A stretch of DNA of 32,000 nt from an uncultured archaeon (lineage in GTDB: Archaea > Iainarchaeota > Iainarchaeia > Iainarchaeales > 0-14-0-20-30-16): contig CAZMGA010000005.1 of NCBI GenBank assembly GCA_964565725.1, positions 1 through 32,000 on the forward strand, written 5' to 3'. Positions 17,974 through 26,470 of the stretch are shown here, in pieces (the stretch's first letter is position 1; each line of letters begins with the position of its first letter). The notes below the pieces were generated by a model. That model was not told the origin of the DNA and did no database searches. It was given only the letters and a program-made list of their open reading frames with translations. A program made the translations under genes and the position numbers.

Positions 17974-18405
17974 ATGCCACTAGAAAAGCCAAAACAATTA
18001 GAATTATTTCCTAGATTAAAAAAATTTAGACCTGGAAGGTTATCTTATAAACATCATAGTTTTAATGGTGTTCAGACTTATAAGGTTGGTAATAAAGGGG
18101 TAATTTTTGCAGAAGCACACGTTTTGCAACAAAATGGAAAGCCATTATTGTATGATATTAGAATAATGCCTGGATTTGATTTATTAAAAAGAAATGGAAT
18201 TGCAAAAAGATTATTAAATAGAGTAATTGAAAGTCTTAAACAACAAGGATATAATGATTTAACATTATATGTTGATAAGGGAGAGGGTATTTTTGGAGAT
18301 AATGATTTTAGAAAAGAATTATATTTATTAAGGTATTACTCAAGATTTGGTTTTAAAGTTATAGGTAAAAATAGAGGTTATTTTAAAATGCGTTTAGATT
18401 TTTAA
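17974..18405 (+). CDS. GNAT-like N-acetyltransferase
   Basis: MPGFDLLKRNGIAKRLLNRVIESLKQQGYNDLTLYV...YYSRFGFKVIG resembles acetyl-CoA-binding and C-terminal GNAT motifs. Confidence 0.6.
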   Translation: MPLEKPKQLELFPRLKKFRPGRLSYKHHSFNGVQTYKVGNKGVIFAEAHVLQQNGKPLLYDIRIMPGFDLLKRNGIAKRLLNRVIESLKQQGYNDLTLYVDKGEGIFGDNDFRKELYLLRYYSRFGFKVIGKNRGYFKMRLDF

Positions 18406-19817
18406 TTATAATTTTCAAATTTTAATGATCTTATTTCATATAATAATGAGTTATATTGGTTTACCAATGAGTTATATTCTTTAATTTCAGAATTGTTTGC
18501 GAATTCTTTTGTTTTTAATTCATCTATAACAGATTTTAGATTATTTAAAATTATGGTTTTTTCATTTATTTGATTTAGTGTATTTTGACCATATTTTGAT
18601 TCTATATATTTTTTTCCATCTGATATTGGTATTACATTTATAGGTTCAAAATTGATATCATTTATTACATTTTTGTTTGTAGTTTCAATATAACAAACTT
18701 TATCTGAATTTATATAATAATCTGAATTATTACAACTAACAGCTACTACTGCATGATCTATTAAATTATCTTCAAAGATTGTTTTCCCTACTACTATATA
18801 GTTAGAATATCCAAATTCTTTTAATATTCCTGATAAAATAACCGATTTGTCTAAGCACAATCCTTTCATAGACCATAAAGTTTCATAAGGATAAGTATTT
18901 TTATTATCCCAATTATAATTATAAGGTATTTCTTGTACAAATCTAACTGCAATTTCTAATATTTCTGAATCATTAAAATTATAATCTTTTAATGAATTAA
19001 AATCATTTGCTATTTTTTTTAAAATTAAATTATTATATTCGTCCATGAAATATCTTCTTGCTGATTCATTTTCTTTATAAGTATAACAATATTGATTTTT
19101 TAGTTTTATAGAATAATTTACTAAATCTTCATGTAATTCCAAATTATATACAAAATGATATTTGTCATAATTAAAATAAAAAGTAGAATGTCGTTTATTA
19201 TTATAATCAATAGTTAAATTATCTTTGTTTAAAGTACATTTATCTAAAGTTTCTGGGTTAATATTTATAACATTTAAATTATAATCTTTTTCTTGTTCTA
19301 ATGTTTCTAATTCTTTTAATTCTAATGGTTTTAATTCATATATTTTTATTTGACTATTAATATTAGAATATAATTTGTCTAAATTAATTTTTTCTAAATT
19401 ATTACTATTTCTAGGATTATCTATATTACAATCTATTTGTAATAAATTATTATTTTTACATTTATAAATTAATTCTGGATTTTTTAAATCTTCACAATTT
19501 TCTTTATATTTTAAAACAATATAATTACAAAAATCTTTTTCAATTCCATTTAAATCTTCACAAGATTTAAATATATCATCGTGTTTTGATATTGATTCAC
19601 AATAATAGCAATCTTTTTTATTTGTATAATTTGAACAGTTTCGTGAAAAATTAATATCTTGTATTATTATAATTTCATTATTATCATTTATATCTGTTAT
19701 TTCTGTTTCATTAGAAATTGAATAATTTAAATCTATTTGTTTGAATTGTTCTATAAAATATACACCTATACTTGAAAATAATATTAACAAAACAAATAAA
19801 ATAATTATTTTTTTCAT
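18402..19817 (-). CDS. membrane-anchored transglutaminase-like protein with Cys-rich ectodomain
   Basis: N-terminal TM; WSMKGLCLDKSVILSGILKEFGY and DHAVVAVSC contain the Cys and His expected of the transglutaminase-like core. Confidence 0.75.
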   Translation of the reverse strand: MKKIIILFVLLILFSSIGVYFIEQFKQIDLNYSISNETEITDINDNNEIIIIQDINFSRNCSNYTNKKDCYYCESISKHDDIFKSCEDLNGIEKDFCNYIVLKYKENCEDLKNPELIYKCKNNNLLQIDCNIDNPRNSNNLEKINLDKLYSNINSQIKIYELKPLELKELETLEQEKDYNLNVININPETLDKCTLNKDNLTIDYNNKRHSTFYFNYDKYHFVYNLELHEDLVNYSIKLKNQYCYTYKENESARRYFMDEYNNLILKKIANDFNSLKDYNFNDSEILEIAVRFVQEIPYNYNWDNKNTYPYETLWSMKGLCLDKSVILSGILKEFGYSNYIVVGKTIFEDNLIDHAVVAVSCNNSDYYINSDKVCYIETTNKNVINDINFEPINVIPISDGKKYIESKYGQNTLNQINEKTIILNNLKSVIDELKTKEFANNSEIKEYNSLVNQYNSLLYEIRSLKFENYN

Positions 19818-19818
19818 A

Positions 19819-20649
19819 TTATCCCTTATAATAATTTTGCATTAACATTGCATCTTTTTCAATGTTTGGAGATTCTGAGATTATTACTCCTTTTAAATTA
19901 TAATCTTTAAATGTATTTAATAATGTTTTCCAATTTAAATCTGATTCTTCTAATGTTAAATGATTTCTTTCTCCCTTATTAGTGTAATTTATACCTGATA
20001 TGTGAATATGCATATTTTCTAATGCTATTTTTCCCAATTTATTTTCTATTTTATTTAATATATTCTCAAATTCATTTTTAGTATTATTTTTTCCATTTCT
20101 TGCGTGTAAATGTGCAAAATCTATACACGGTAAAACCATTTCTAAATCCTCTGATAATTTTACACATTCATCTAAATTGCCTATTTGTGTTTCTTTACCT
20201 GTTGTTTCTGGTCTAATCCAAATATTTATGTTTTCATCCTTCATTTTTTTTATAACTTCTTTTAAATTTGTTTTTACAATATTATATGCTTTTTCATTAT
20301 CTTGTTTTAAATAATAACCAGGATGAAAAGTAATAGAATATCCATTTAATAAAGATGTAATTTTAGCTGTATTATATATTCTATCTATTGATGCTTTTTG
20401 AATTTTTAAATCTAAAGAAGCTAAATTTACATAATATGGGGAATGTGCTGTGAATATTAAATCATTTTTTTCAGAAAGTATTTTTTGAATTTCTTCCTTT
20501 TCATTTTTAATCCAAATGTTGTGTACAAATTCTAATTCCATTCCATCTAATTTTAGTGTTTTTAAATCTTTTATAGCATTAAAAATATTACCTTTTGTTA
20601 TTGATGGAAAACCAGCTGTTAAAAAATTTAATTTATTCATTCGGACCAC
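19819..20649 (-). CDS. AP endonuclease IV / sugar-phosphate isomerase-like TIM-barrel protein
   Basis: FTAHSPYYVNLAS, TFHPGYY, IRPETTGK, CIDFAHLHARN, MHIHISGI, ISESP. Confidence 0.78.
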   Translation of the reverse strand: MVRMNKLNFLTAGFPSITKGNIFNAIKDLKTLKLDGMELEFVHNIWIKNEKEEIQKILSEKNDLIFTAHSPYYVNLASLDLKIQKASIDRIYNTAKITSLLNGYSITFHPGYYLKQDNEKAYNIVKTNLKEVIKKMKDENINIWIRPETTGKETQIGNLDECVKLSEDLEMVLPCIDFAHLHARNGKNNTKNEFENILNKIENKLGKIALENMHIHISGINYTNKGERNHLTLEESDLNWKTLLNTFKDYNLKGVIISESPNIEKDAMLMQNYYKG

Positions 20650-21566
20650 ATTGAATAATATTTGTTAAAATAATTATTATATTCAGTATATATATTATAA
20701 TCATTTATAATTATTATTGATTCTTCATTTTTTTCATTTCCATTATTACTTGGATTCATAGAACCTGTAATTACATAATAATCTATAATACAGAATTTAT
20801 TGTGCATATATTTTGGGTTTTTGTCCCAAATAACTAATATATTGTTATCTTTCAGTTTTTGATATTCGGAATATTGTGAATTTTGTTGTTTTTCTAAAAT
20901 TATTTTAGTATTTAAATTTTTATCTATGATTTCTTTAGATAACGCATCGTAAGTAAAAGAAAAAAACATACATTTTATTTCTTTTTGTGAATTTTTTATT
21001 AGGTCTAAATACAAATCTATACAATTGTTTGGGGAAAAACAAATTTCTTCATTTTTTTCAATAGCTTTAAAATTATTATTCCAGTAATTATTGAATTGTT
21101 TTTCTGCTTTTTCAATATGATTTTTATTGTTTGTTATAATTACGTTATTGTTCTGATACAAAAATGAATCTGTTGTAAAATTTAAAGAGCCTATCCATAA
21201 AATGTTAGAATCAAAAATGCAAAATTTGTTATGCATATAATTATTTGAAGAATCTGTTTTAATATTTTCTGAAATTAAATTAATTTTTTTTAACTCGTCA
21301 TCATCCATAATAATATGAATATTTTTATTATTTTTAATAAATTCGATAATCCAGGGTTCGTTTATAGCATAAACAGCACATTTAATGTTTTTTGAATTCG
21401 TAAAATAATTATATAATTCTAAATTACAATCATTTTCCGGACAAAACAATGCTTTATAATAAAAATTATTGTCTTTGTTTTCATTATTTTGATTATTGTA
21501 TGTTAAAAAGTAGATTGTAAATATAAAAAATAAAAGTATAAAAAATAAAATAAATCTCTTTTTCAT
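20637..21566 (-). CDS. exported phospholipase D-like protein with two HKD motifs
   Basis: N-terminal TM or signal; HNKFCIFDSNILWIGSLNFT and HNKFCIIDYYVITGSMNPS (HxKx4D twice). Confidence 0.85.
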   Translation of the reverse strand: MKKRFILFFILLFFIFTIYFLTYNNQNNENKDNNFYYKALFCPENDCNLELYNYFTNSKNIKCAVYAINEPWIIEFIKNNKNIHIIMDDDELKKINLISENIKTDSSNNYMHNKFCIFDSNILWIGSLNFTTDSFLYQNNNVIITNNKNHIEKAEKQFNNYWNNNFKAIEKNEEICFSPNNCIDLYLDLIKNSQKEIKCMFFSFTYDALSKEIIDKNLNTKIILEKQQNSQYSEYQKLKDNNILVIWDKNPKYMHNKFCIIDYYVITGSMNPSNNGNEKNEESIIIINDYNIYTEYNNYFNKYYSMWSE

Positions 21567-21594
21567 AAATAAAAAAAGAGAAAAAGTTTATATT

Positions 21595-21927
21595 TTAGCT
21601 GTAATAGTAAGTATTACTATAATAATATGTTCTAGGAGTTCCAGCTAAAGGATATAATGTAGTATAAGTAGATGTTATTGGTAAACTATAACCATATGTA
21701 TTATATGCTACGTATGTAGGTGTATTTAAGTAAATTTGTGGATAGTATGTTGTAGGATAAATGTAAGTAGGATAAGAATCATAAACATAGCTATTAGAAT
21801 AATATGAAGATCCTAAATAACCAGTATAATTTGGTACGTTATATACATAAGTAGTAGCAAAAACAGTACTTATAAAAGTAATTGATGTAATAAAAACTAA
21901 TAAACTTAATAATATTTTTTTAAACAT
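21595..21927 (-). CDS. secreted Tyr/Pro/Thr-rich low-complexity protein
   Basis: Signal-peptide-like N-terminus (MFKKILLSLLVFITSITFISTVFA) then a Tyr-rich mature region; GGAGG Shine-Dalgarno upstream. Confidence 0.65.
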   Translation of the reverse strand: MFKKILLSLLVFITSITFISTVFATTYVYNVPNYTGYLGSSYYSNSYVYDSYPTYIYPTTYYPQIYLNTPTYVAYNTYGYSLPITSTYTTLYPLAGTPRTYYYSNTYYYS

Positions 21928-22039
21928 GTCTATTCCTCCTTAACTCATAAAGTTAAATAATTATATGTATATTTGATTCAAAGAATATATAAAGGTTTTG
22001 TTTATTTTAATAAAATTTAAAAATAGAAAAATAAAAAAA

Positions 22040-22051
22040 TCCCAAAAGGGA
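22040..22051 (-). terminator. candidate terminator downstream of the eL41-like ORF
   Basis: Minus strand TCCC-TTTT-GGGA followed by TTTTTTT. Confidence 0.35.
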
Positions 22052-22061
22052 CTTTCTTTAT

Positions 22062-22190
22062 TTATTTTGCTCTTTTTCTCATATATCTCTTATAACGAGC
22101 ATTTTTTCTCATCTTTTTCTTATGCCATTTCCATCTTTGTCTCGATCTTGTTTTTTTGAAACGACTAGAATCTTTGTGTCTATGACCCAT
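22062..22190 (-). CDS. 42-aa highly basic protein, probable ribosomal protein eL41 homologue with N-terminal extension (not in ORF track)
   Basis: MGHRHKDSSRFKKTRSRQRWKWHKKKMRKNARYKRYMRKRAK; the C-terminal 22 aa align without gaps to the eL41 pattern [28 protein letters not shown] Shine-Dalgarno upstream. Confidence 0.55.
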   Translation of the reverse strand: MGHRHKDSSRFKKTRSRQRWKWHKKKMRKNARYKRYMRKRAK

Positions 22191-22343
22191 TTAATCACTT
22201 CCCTACTCCCTAAAGGATGGTACTTGCCATAAAGGCGTTTTTCAAAAGTTATTCTTTCGAATAACATTCGATGTAAAGTTAAAATTTTATAATAAAATTA
22301 AAACAAATACATTCAAATATATCACATATGTGAATTGTTTGAA

Positions 22344-22415
22344 TGCCCCTGCCGGGAATCGAACCCAGGTCTCAAGCTTGAAAGGCTTAAATGATAACCA
22401 CTACACTACAGGGAC
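22344..22415 (-). tRNA. tRNA-Glu (anticodon UUC), no intron, CCA not encoded
   Basis: GTCCCTG TA GTGTAGTGGTTATCAT T TAAGC CTTTCAA GCTTG AGACC TGGGTTCGATTCCCGGCAGGGGCA; acceptor, anticodon and T stems pair. Confidence 0.95.
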
Positions 22416-22668
22416 ACATATTTTATAAAATGTATAAACTATAAGTTTAATTATATTATTTAAATATTTATCAAAAGAAACTTGTATTACCTAATGTAAT
22501 ACTATATTATCTTAAGAATACGAGTTTTAACTTAAAGTTATTATAATATTTGATGTGAAGTATTTATATATATTACGTTTAATTTTTAAATAGAATTGCC
22601 CTAATTTATATAATTTTTAATATGGTTATATTATTATTAATATTAATATATACGTTTTAAGTGATATT

Positions 22669-23274
22669 ATGCAAGATTTTCAAAATATTATACTATTTGA
22701 TATGGACAATACTTTATGTGATTATGATAAAGCTTTGACTTTGAATTATAATGCAATTAAAAGTCCAGAAGATCCAGAATATGTGTCATATAGTCCAAAA
22801 ATATTAAAAAGTAAATATTTAAGTTTAAGAATTGATTTAATTCGAAATCAAAAAAATTGGTGGATTAATTTAGAAAAATACAAACCTGGGTTTGATATTT
22901 TAAATTTAGCAAAAGAATTAGGGTTTGCTATACATATTTTAACTAAAAGCCCTAAAACAGTTATTAATTCATGGTCTGAAAAAGTTGAATGGTGTGAAAA
23001 AAATCTAAAAGATTATGATGTTAAAATAACTATTTCTGATGATAAAAGTTTAGTGTATGGTAAAGTGTTAGTTGATGATTATCCTCCATATATTCAAAAT
23101 TGGTTAAACAAAAGACCAAGAAGTTTAGTAATAATGCCATTACAATCTTGGAATAAAGATTTTGAACATGATCGAGTTATAAAATATGATGGTAATAATT
23201 TAGAAGAAGTTAAACAAACATTAATAATTGCAAAAGATAGGGAGTATAAAGAACAAGTAAATTATAAAAAGTGA
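22669..23274 (+). CDS. HAD-like 5'(3')-deoxyribonucleotidase family protein
   Basis: LFDMDNTLCDYD, HILTKSP, and VDD motifs. Confidence 0.72.
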   Translation: MQDFQNIILFDMDNTLCDYDKALTLNYNAIKSPEDPEYVSYSPKILKSKYLSLRIDLIRNQKNWWINLEKYKPGFDILNLAKELGFAIHILTKSPKTVINSWSEKVEWCEKNLKDYDVKITISDDKSLVYGKVLVDDYPPYIQNWLNKRPRSLVIMPLQSWNKDFEHDRVIKYDGNNLEEVKQTLIIAKDREYKEQVNYKK

Positions 23275-23278
23275 TTAT

Positions 23279-24121
23279 ATGCCTGTTAAAGAACAATTAC
23301 ATTTTTTAAATTTATTAAAAAAAAGACAAACGCAACGAAAAGAAATATCTAATGAAGTTTTTGATTCTTTAGCTGAAAGACAAAAAAGAATGCCTAAAAA
23401 TATAGGTAGGACATCAAAAGAATTATTACTAATATTAGATAGTTTAGGTATAAATTCTCCAATTGAAAAAAAATATGTTTTGCAAGGTTTAAGAAAAGCA
23501 AGAATAATGTTTGGAAATAAATTAACTGATCCTGCTTACTTTAAAGATACTATTGAACATTTAAGAGCAGAATTTGAATTATTAAAAACACAAAAAAATT
23601 TAGCAGTAGTTTTAAGGTTAGGAATATCTCCATTTCAGATTTTAGATATAAATCATGAAATTAGTGCTTTACCTAAAGAATATTCTGATTTAAGTAATAC
23701 TATTCGTGGTTTAGTTTTACGTAAAGTTTATCCTAATGTATCTGCTTTGATAATTCCAATGCAAAAAATAAGTTCTTTTTTAAAAGGGTTATCATTATCT
23801 CGAGGTTTGAAAATAAAAATTATTCAATATACTTTTAACTTAAAAAATAAAAAAAATACATTTGAAGAAGCATTTGATAAAGCGTTAAAATATTTTACTT
23901 TGCCTTTGAAATTTTTAAGTTTAGATGCGAGAACAAATAAAGGTGATGATAAAAGCTATCATGAAAAAATAGGTACTAATGAAAATAATCCTTTAAAGTT
24001 ATTATCTGAAAAAGATAACCAAATACTTTTAGAAAAATTAAGTGTTTTTTTGGGTGAAAGATACAATGAATTAATATCACATTTAGAAGAACATGATACT
24101 TTGCCTAATTGGGCAATATAG
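23279..24121 (+). CDS. hypothetical protein
   Basis: 280-aa ORF with ATG start, tightly following the HAD gene. Confidence 0.5.
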   Translation: MPVKEQLHFLNLLKKRQTQRKEISNEVFDSLAERQKRMPKNIGRTSKELLLILDSLGINSPIEKKYVLQGLRKARIMFGNKLTDPAYFKDTIEHLRAEFELLKTQKNLAVVLRLGISPFQILDINHEISALPKEYSDLSNTIRGLVLRKVYPNVSALIIPMQKISSFLKGLSLSRGLKIKIIQYTFNLKNKKNTFEEAFDKALKYFTLPLKFLSLDARTNKGDDKSYHEKIGTNENNPLKLLSEKDNQILLEKLSVFLGERYNELISHLEEHDTLPNWAI

Positions 24122-24171
24122 GAAATTGAAAAATTTAAAAGATCAATTAAAAATTAATATTAGGTGGTTTT

Positions 24172-24237
24172 ATGTTCAGTTGTAAATTTAATTCAAAAGA
24201 AAATAAATTATACAACAGTTCACAAAAAAAGGAGTGA
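24172..24237 (+). CDS. candidate 21-aa upstream peptide before gltX
   Basis: TAGGTGGTTTT-ATG; MFSCKFNSKENKLYNSSQKKE; its TGA overlaps the GGAGTGAT Shine-Dalgarno of gltX. Confidence 0.25.
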   Translation: MFSCKFNSKENKLYNSSQKKE

Positions 24238-24242
24238 TTTTT

Positions 24243-25871
24243 ATGTTAAGTGAAAATTCAAAACAAATTATTGAAAATATTGTAATTAAGTATAGACAAA
24301 ATTTTAAACAAGAGCAAGATGCAAAAAAAATATTTTCTGTAGCTATGGGCTCAGAAGCAAAACAAGAAATAATTAAAGATATAAAAGCTTCTCAAAATGA
24401 AATAGAAAATATAGTCAAAAATATTAATTCCTGGTCTGAGTCTAAAATAGAAAATGAATTTATTGCTCGAAATTTAGAAGAAAAAAAAGAAAAAGTAAAA
24501 AAAACTTTAGTGTTTCCTAAAATGGAAAATATAATTGAAAATAAAGTAAAAACAACATATCCACCAGAACCTTCTAAGTATCCTCATATAGGACACGCAT
24601 ATGCTTGTGTGATAAATTATAGATTTGCAAAAGAACATAATGGTAAGTTTGTAATTAGATTTGAAGATACAAATCCTAAATTAGCAAAAAAAGAATATTA
24701 TGATATTCAATTACAAGGTTATAACTGGTTAGGAATAACTCTTGATGAAATAATTTATGCGTCTGATTATATGGATTTATTATATAAAAAAGCAGAAGAA
24801 TTAATTAATAAAGAAAAAGCATATGTTTGTTTATGTAATTCAGATGATGTTAGAAATAAAAGACAAAAAAAAGAATCATGTACTTGTTCTAATAATACAA
24901 AAGACAAAAATTTAGAATTATGGAATAAATTATTAAACAAAGAATTTAAAGAAGGAGAAGCATCTTTAAGATTAGTTGGAAATATGTCTAGTCCACAAGC
25001 TGAGTTTCGTGATCCAATACTATTAAGAATTTCTTATTTGGAACATGCTCGTACTAAAAATAAATATCACTTATGGCCATCATATATTTTTCAAAACACT
25101 ATTTTAGATTGTGAATTTGGTATAACACATAGATTTAGAAGTAAAGAATTTGAAGTTTGGAAACCTGTGCAAAAATATTTAGCAAAATTATTAAATTATA
25201 ATTATCCTGAAGTATTTGAATTTGCAAGAGTTAATTTAGTTAATGGTATAGCATCAGGTAGAAAGTTAAGAGAAACAATTGAACAAGGAAATATGAATTG
25301 GGATGACCCTAGCTTAACTACTTTAGTTGCATTAAAGAAAAGAGGATTTTTACCAGAATCAATAATTGAATTTATTGATAAAATGGGTATATCAAAAACA
25401 GAAAGTACAATAGAATGGAGTGTTTTAGATTCTATAAATAGAAAATTATTGGCACAAAAAAATATTGTAAAAATAGCATCTTTTTATAATCCTATAAAAG
25501 TAAAGTTAATTGATGAAAACAAAATTTTAGATAAAGATTTAAAAGAAGTTTTTATAGATTCAAAAACAGAATTAAATAAAGAATTTAAATTAAGAAATAT
25601 AGGAAATGTTGTTTTTAATGGAGAATTATTAAATGTTGTAGGCAATGAACAAAAAAAAGGTTTGAATATGTTGCCTTTTGCTTTAGATGTAGAAGAAATA
25701 AAAGTAATAATGCCTTATGATTTAAAAGATCCTGATAGAGAAAAAGTTTTGTATATCGATTCCAAAGCATATTTTAATTTAAAGGAAAATGATGTAGTTA
25801 TATTAGAAGGATTTTCATACTGTAGATTAGATAATAAAGATAAAAATATTTTTATTTTTAGTCATGAGTGA
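24243..25871 (+). CDS. gltX: glutamyl-tRNA synthetase, archaeal type
   Basis: YPPEPSKYPHIGHAYA (HIGH), RFEDTNP, GITHRFRSKEF, RKLRETIEQGNMNWDDPSLTTLVALKKRGFLPESI. Start revised from the track's GTG (24234) to the ATG at 24243. Confidence 0.93.
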   Translation: MLSENSKQIIENIVIKYRQNFKQEQDAKKIFSVAMGSEAKQEIIKDIKASQNEIENIVKNINSWSESKIENEFIARNLEEKKEKVKKTLVFPKMENIIENKVKTTYPPEPSKYPHIGHAYACVINYRFAKEHNGKFVIRFEDTNPKLAKKEYYDIQLQGYNWLGITLDEIIYASDYMDLLYKKAEELINKEKAYVCLCNSDDVRNKRQKKESCTCSNNTKDKNLELWNKLLNKEFKEGEASLRLVGNMSSPQAEFRDPILLRISYLEHARTKNKYHLWPSYIFQNTILDCEFGITHRFRSKEFEVWKPVQKYLAKLLNYNYPEVFEFARVNLVNGIASGRKLRETIEQGNMNWDDPSLTTLVALKKRGFLPESIIEFIDKMGISKTESTIEWSVLDSINRKLLAQKNIVKIASFYNPIKVKLIDENKILDKDLKEVFIDSKTELNKEFKLRNIGNVVFNGELLNVVGNEQKKGLNMLPFALDVEEIKVIMPYDLKDPDREKVLYIDSKAYFNLKENDVVILEGFSYCRLDNKDKNIFIFSHE

Positions 25872-26451
25872 TTTGATGTATTCAGGATCAATTTTTTATT
25901 TAGTACATTTTCCAGTTGGTTTTTTTAGTATTTCTGATGAAAATAATAGATATTCAGCAAAAAATTATAGTGCACATATAAAAAAAATTTTAAGATTAAT
26001 AAAATTTTCTCAACAAAAAGGTATACCAATAGTTTTAGAAATTGCTAATGGTAAAGTAGGTGAATTTCAATTGGAATTATTACAAAGATTTTGTGAAAAA
26101 TATAATTTGAATGATAATATTTTTAAAAGAATTAATGAATTTGATGTAGTATCTAATAATTTTAAAAAAGCTTTTGAAGAAATAAGAATAATTCCTGAAA
26201 AAGTTTTTGTTGCGGGTTGGACAAAAGAAAGGTGTGTTTTAAGATCTCTTTTAGGATTAAGAAAATATAGTTCAAATTTAGATTTGACATTATTAAAAGG
26301 TAATTTTACGTTGGCGTCTAAAAATTTTAAAGGTTATTCTTCTTTAGAAAAAAATTATTTAAAAAGATTTTTGAGAGAACAAAATGTTAAAAAATCTGTT
26401 CTTGCTAAAAAAATAACTTTAAAAAAACCTTTAAGGCACAATCCTATGTAA
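25864..26451 (+). CDS. possible isochorismatase-like cysteine hydrolase
   Basis: VFVAGWTKERCVLRSLLGL resembles the catalytic Cys region of the isochorismatase-like fold. Confidence 0.4.
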   Translation: MSDLMYSGSIFYLVHFPVGFFSISDENNRYSAKNYSAHIKKILRLIKFSQQKGIPIVLEIANGKVGEFQLELLQRFCEKYNLNDNIFKRINEFDVVSNNFKKAFEEIRIIPEKVFVAGWTKERCVLRSLLGLRKYSSNLDLTLLKGNFTLASKNFKGYSSLEKNYLKRFLREQNVKKSVLAKKITLKKPLRHNPM

Positions 26452-26470
26452 TAATATTAAAATTTTTTAA

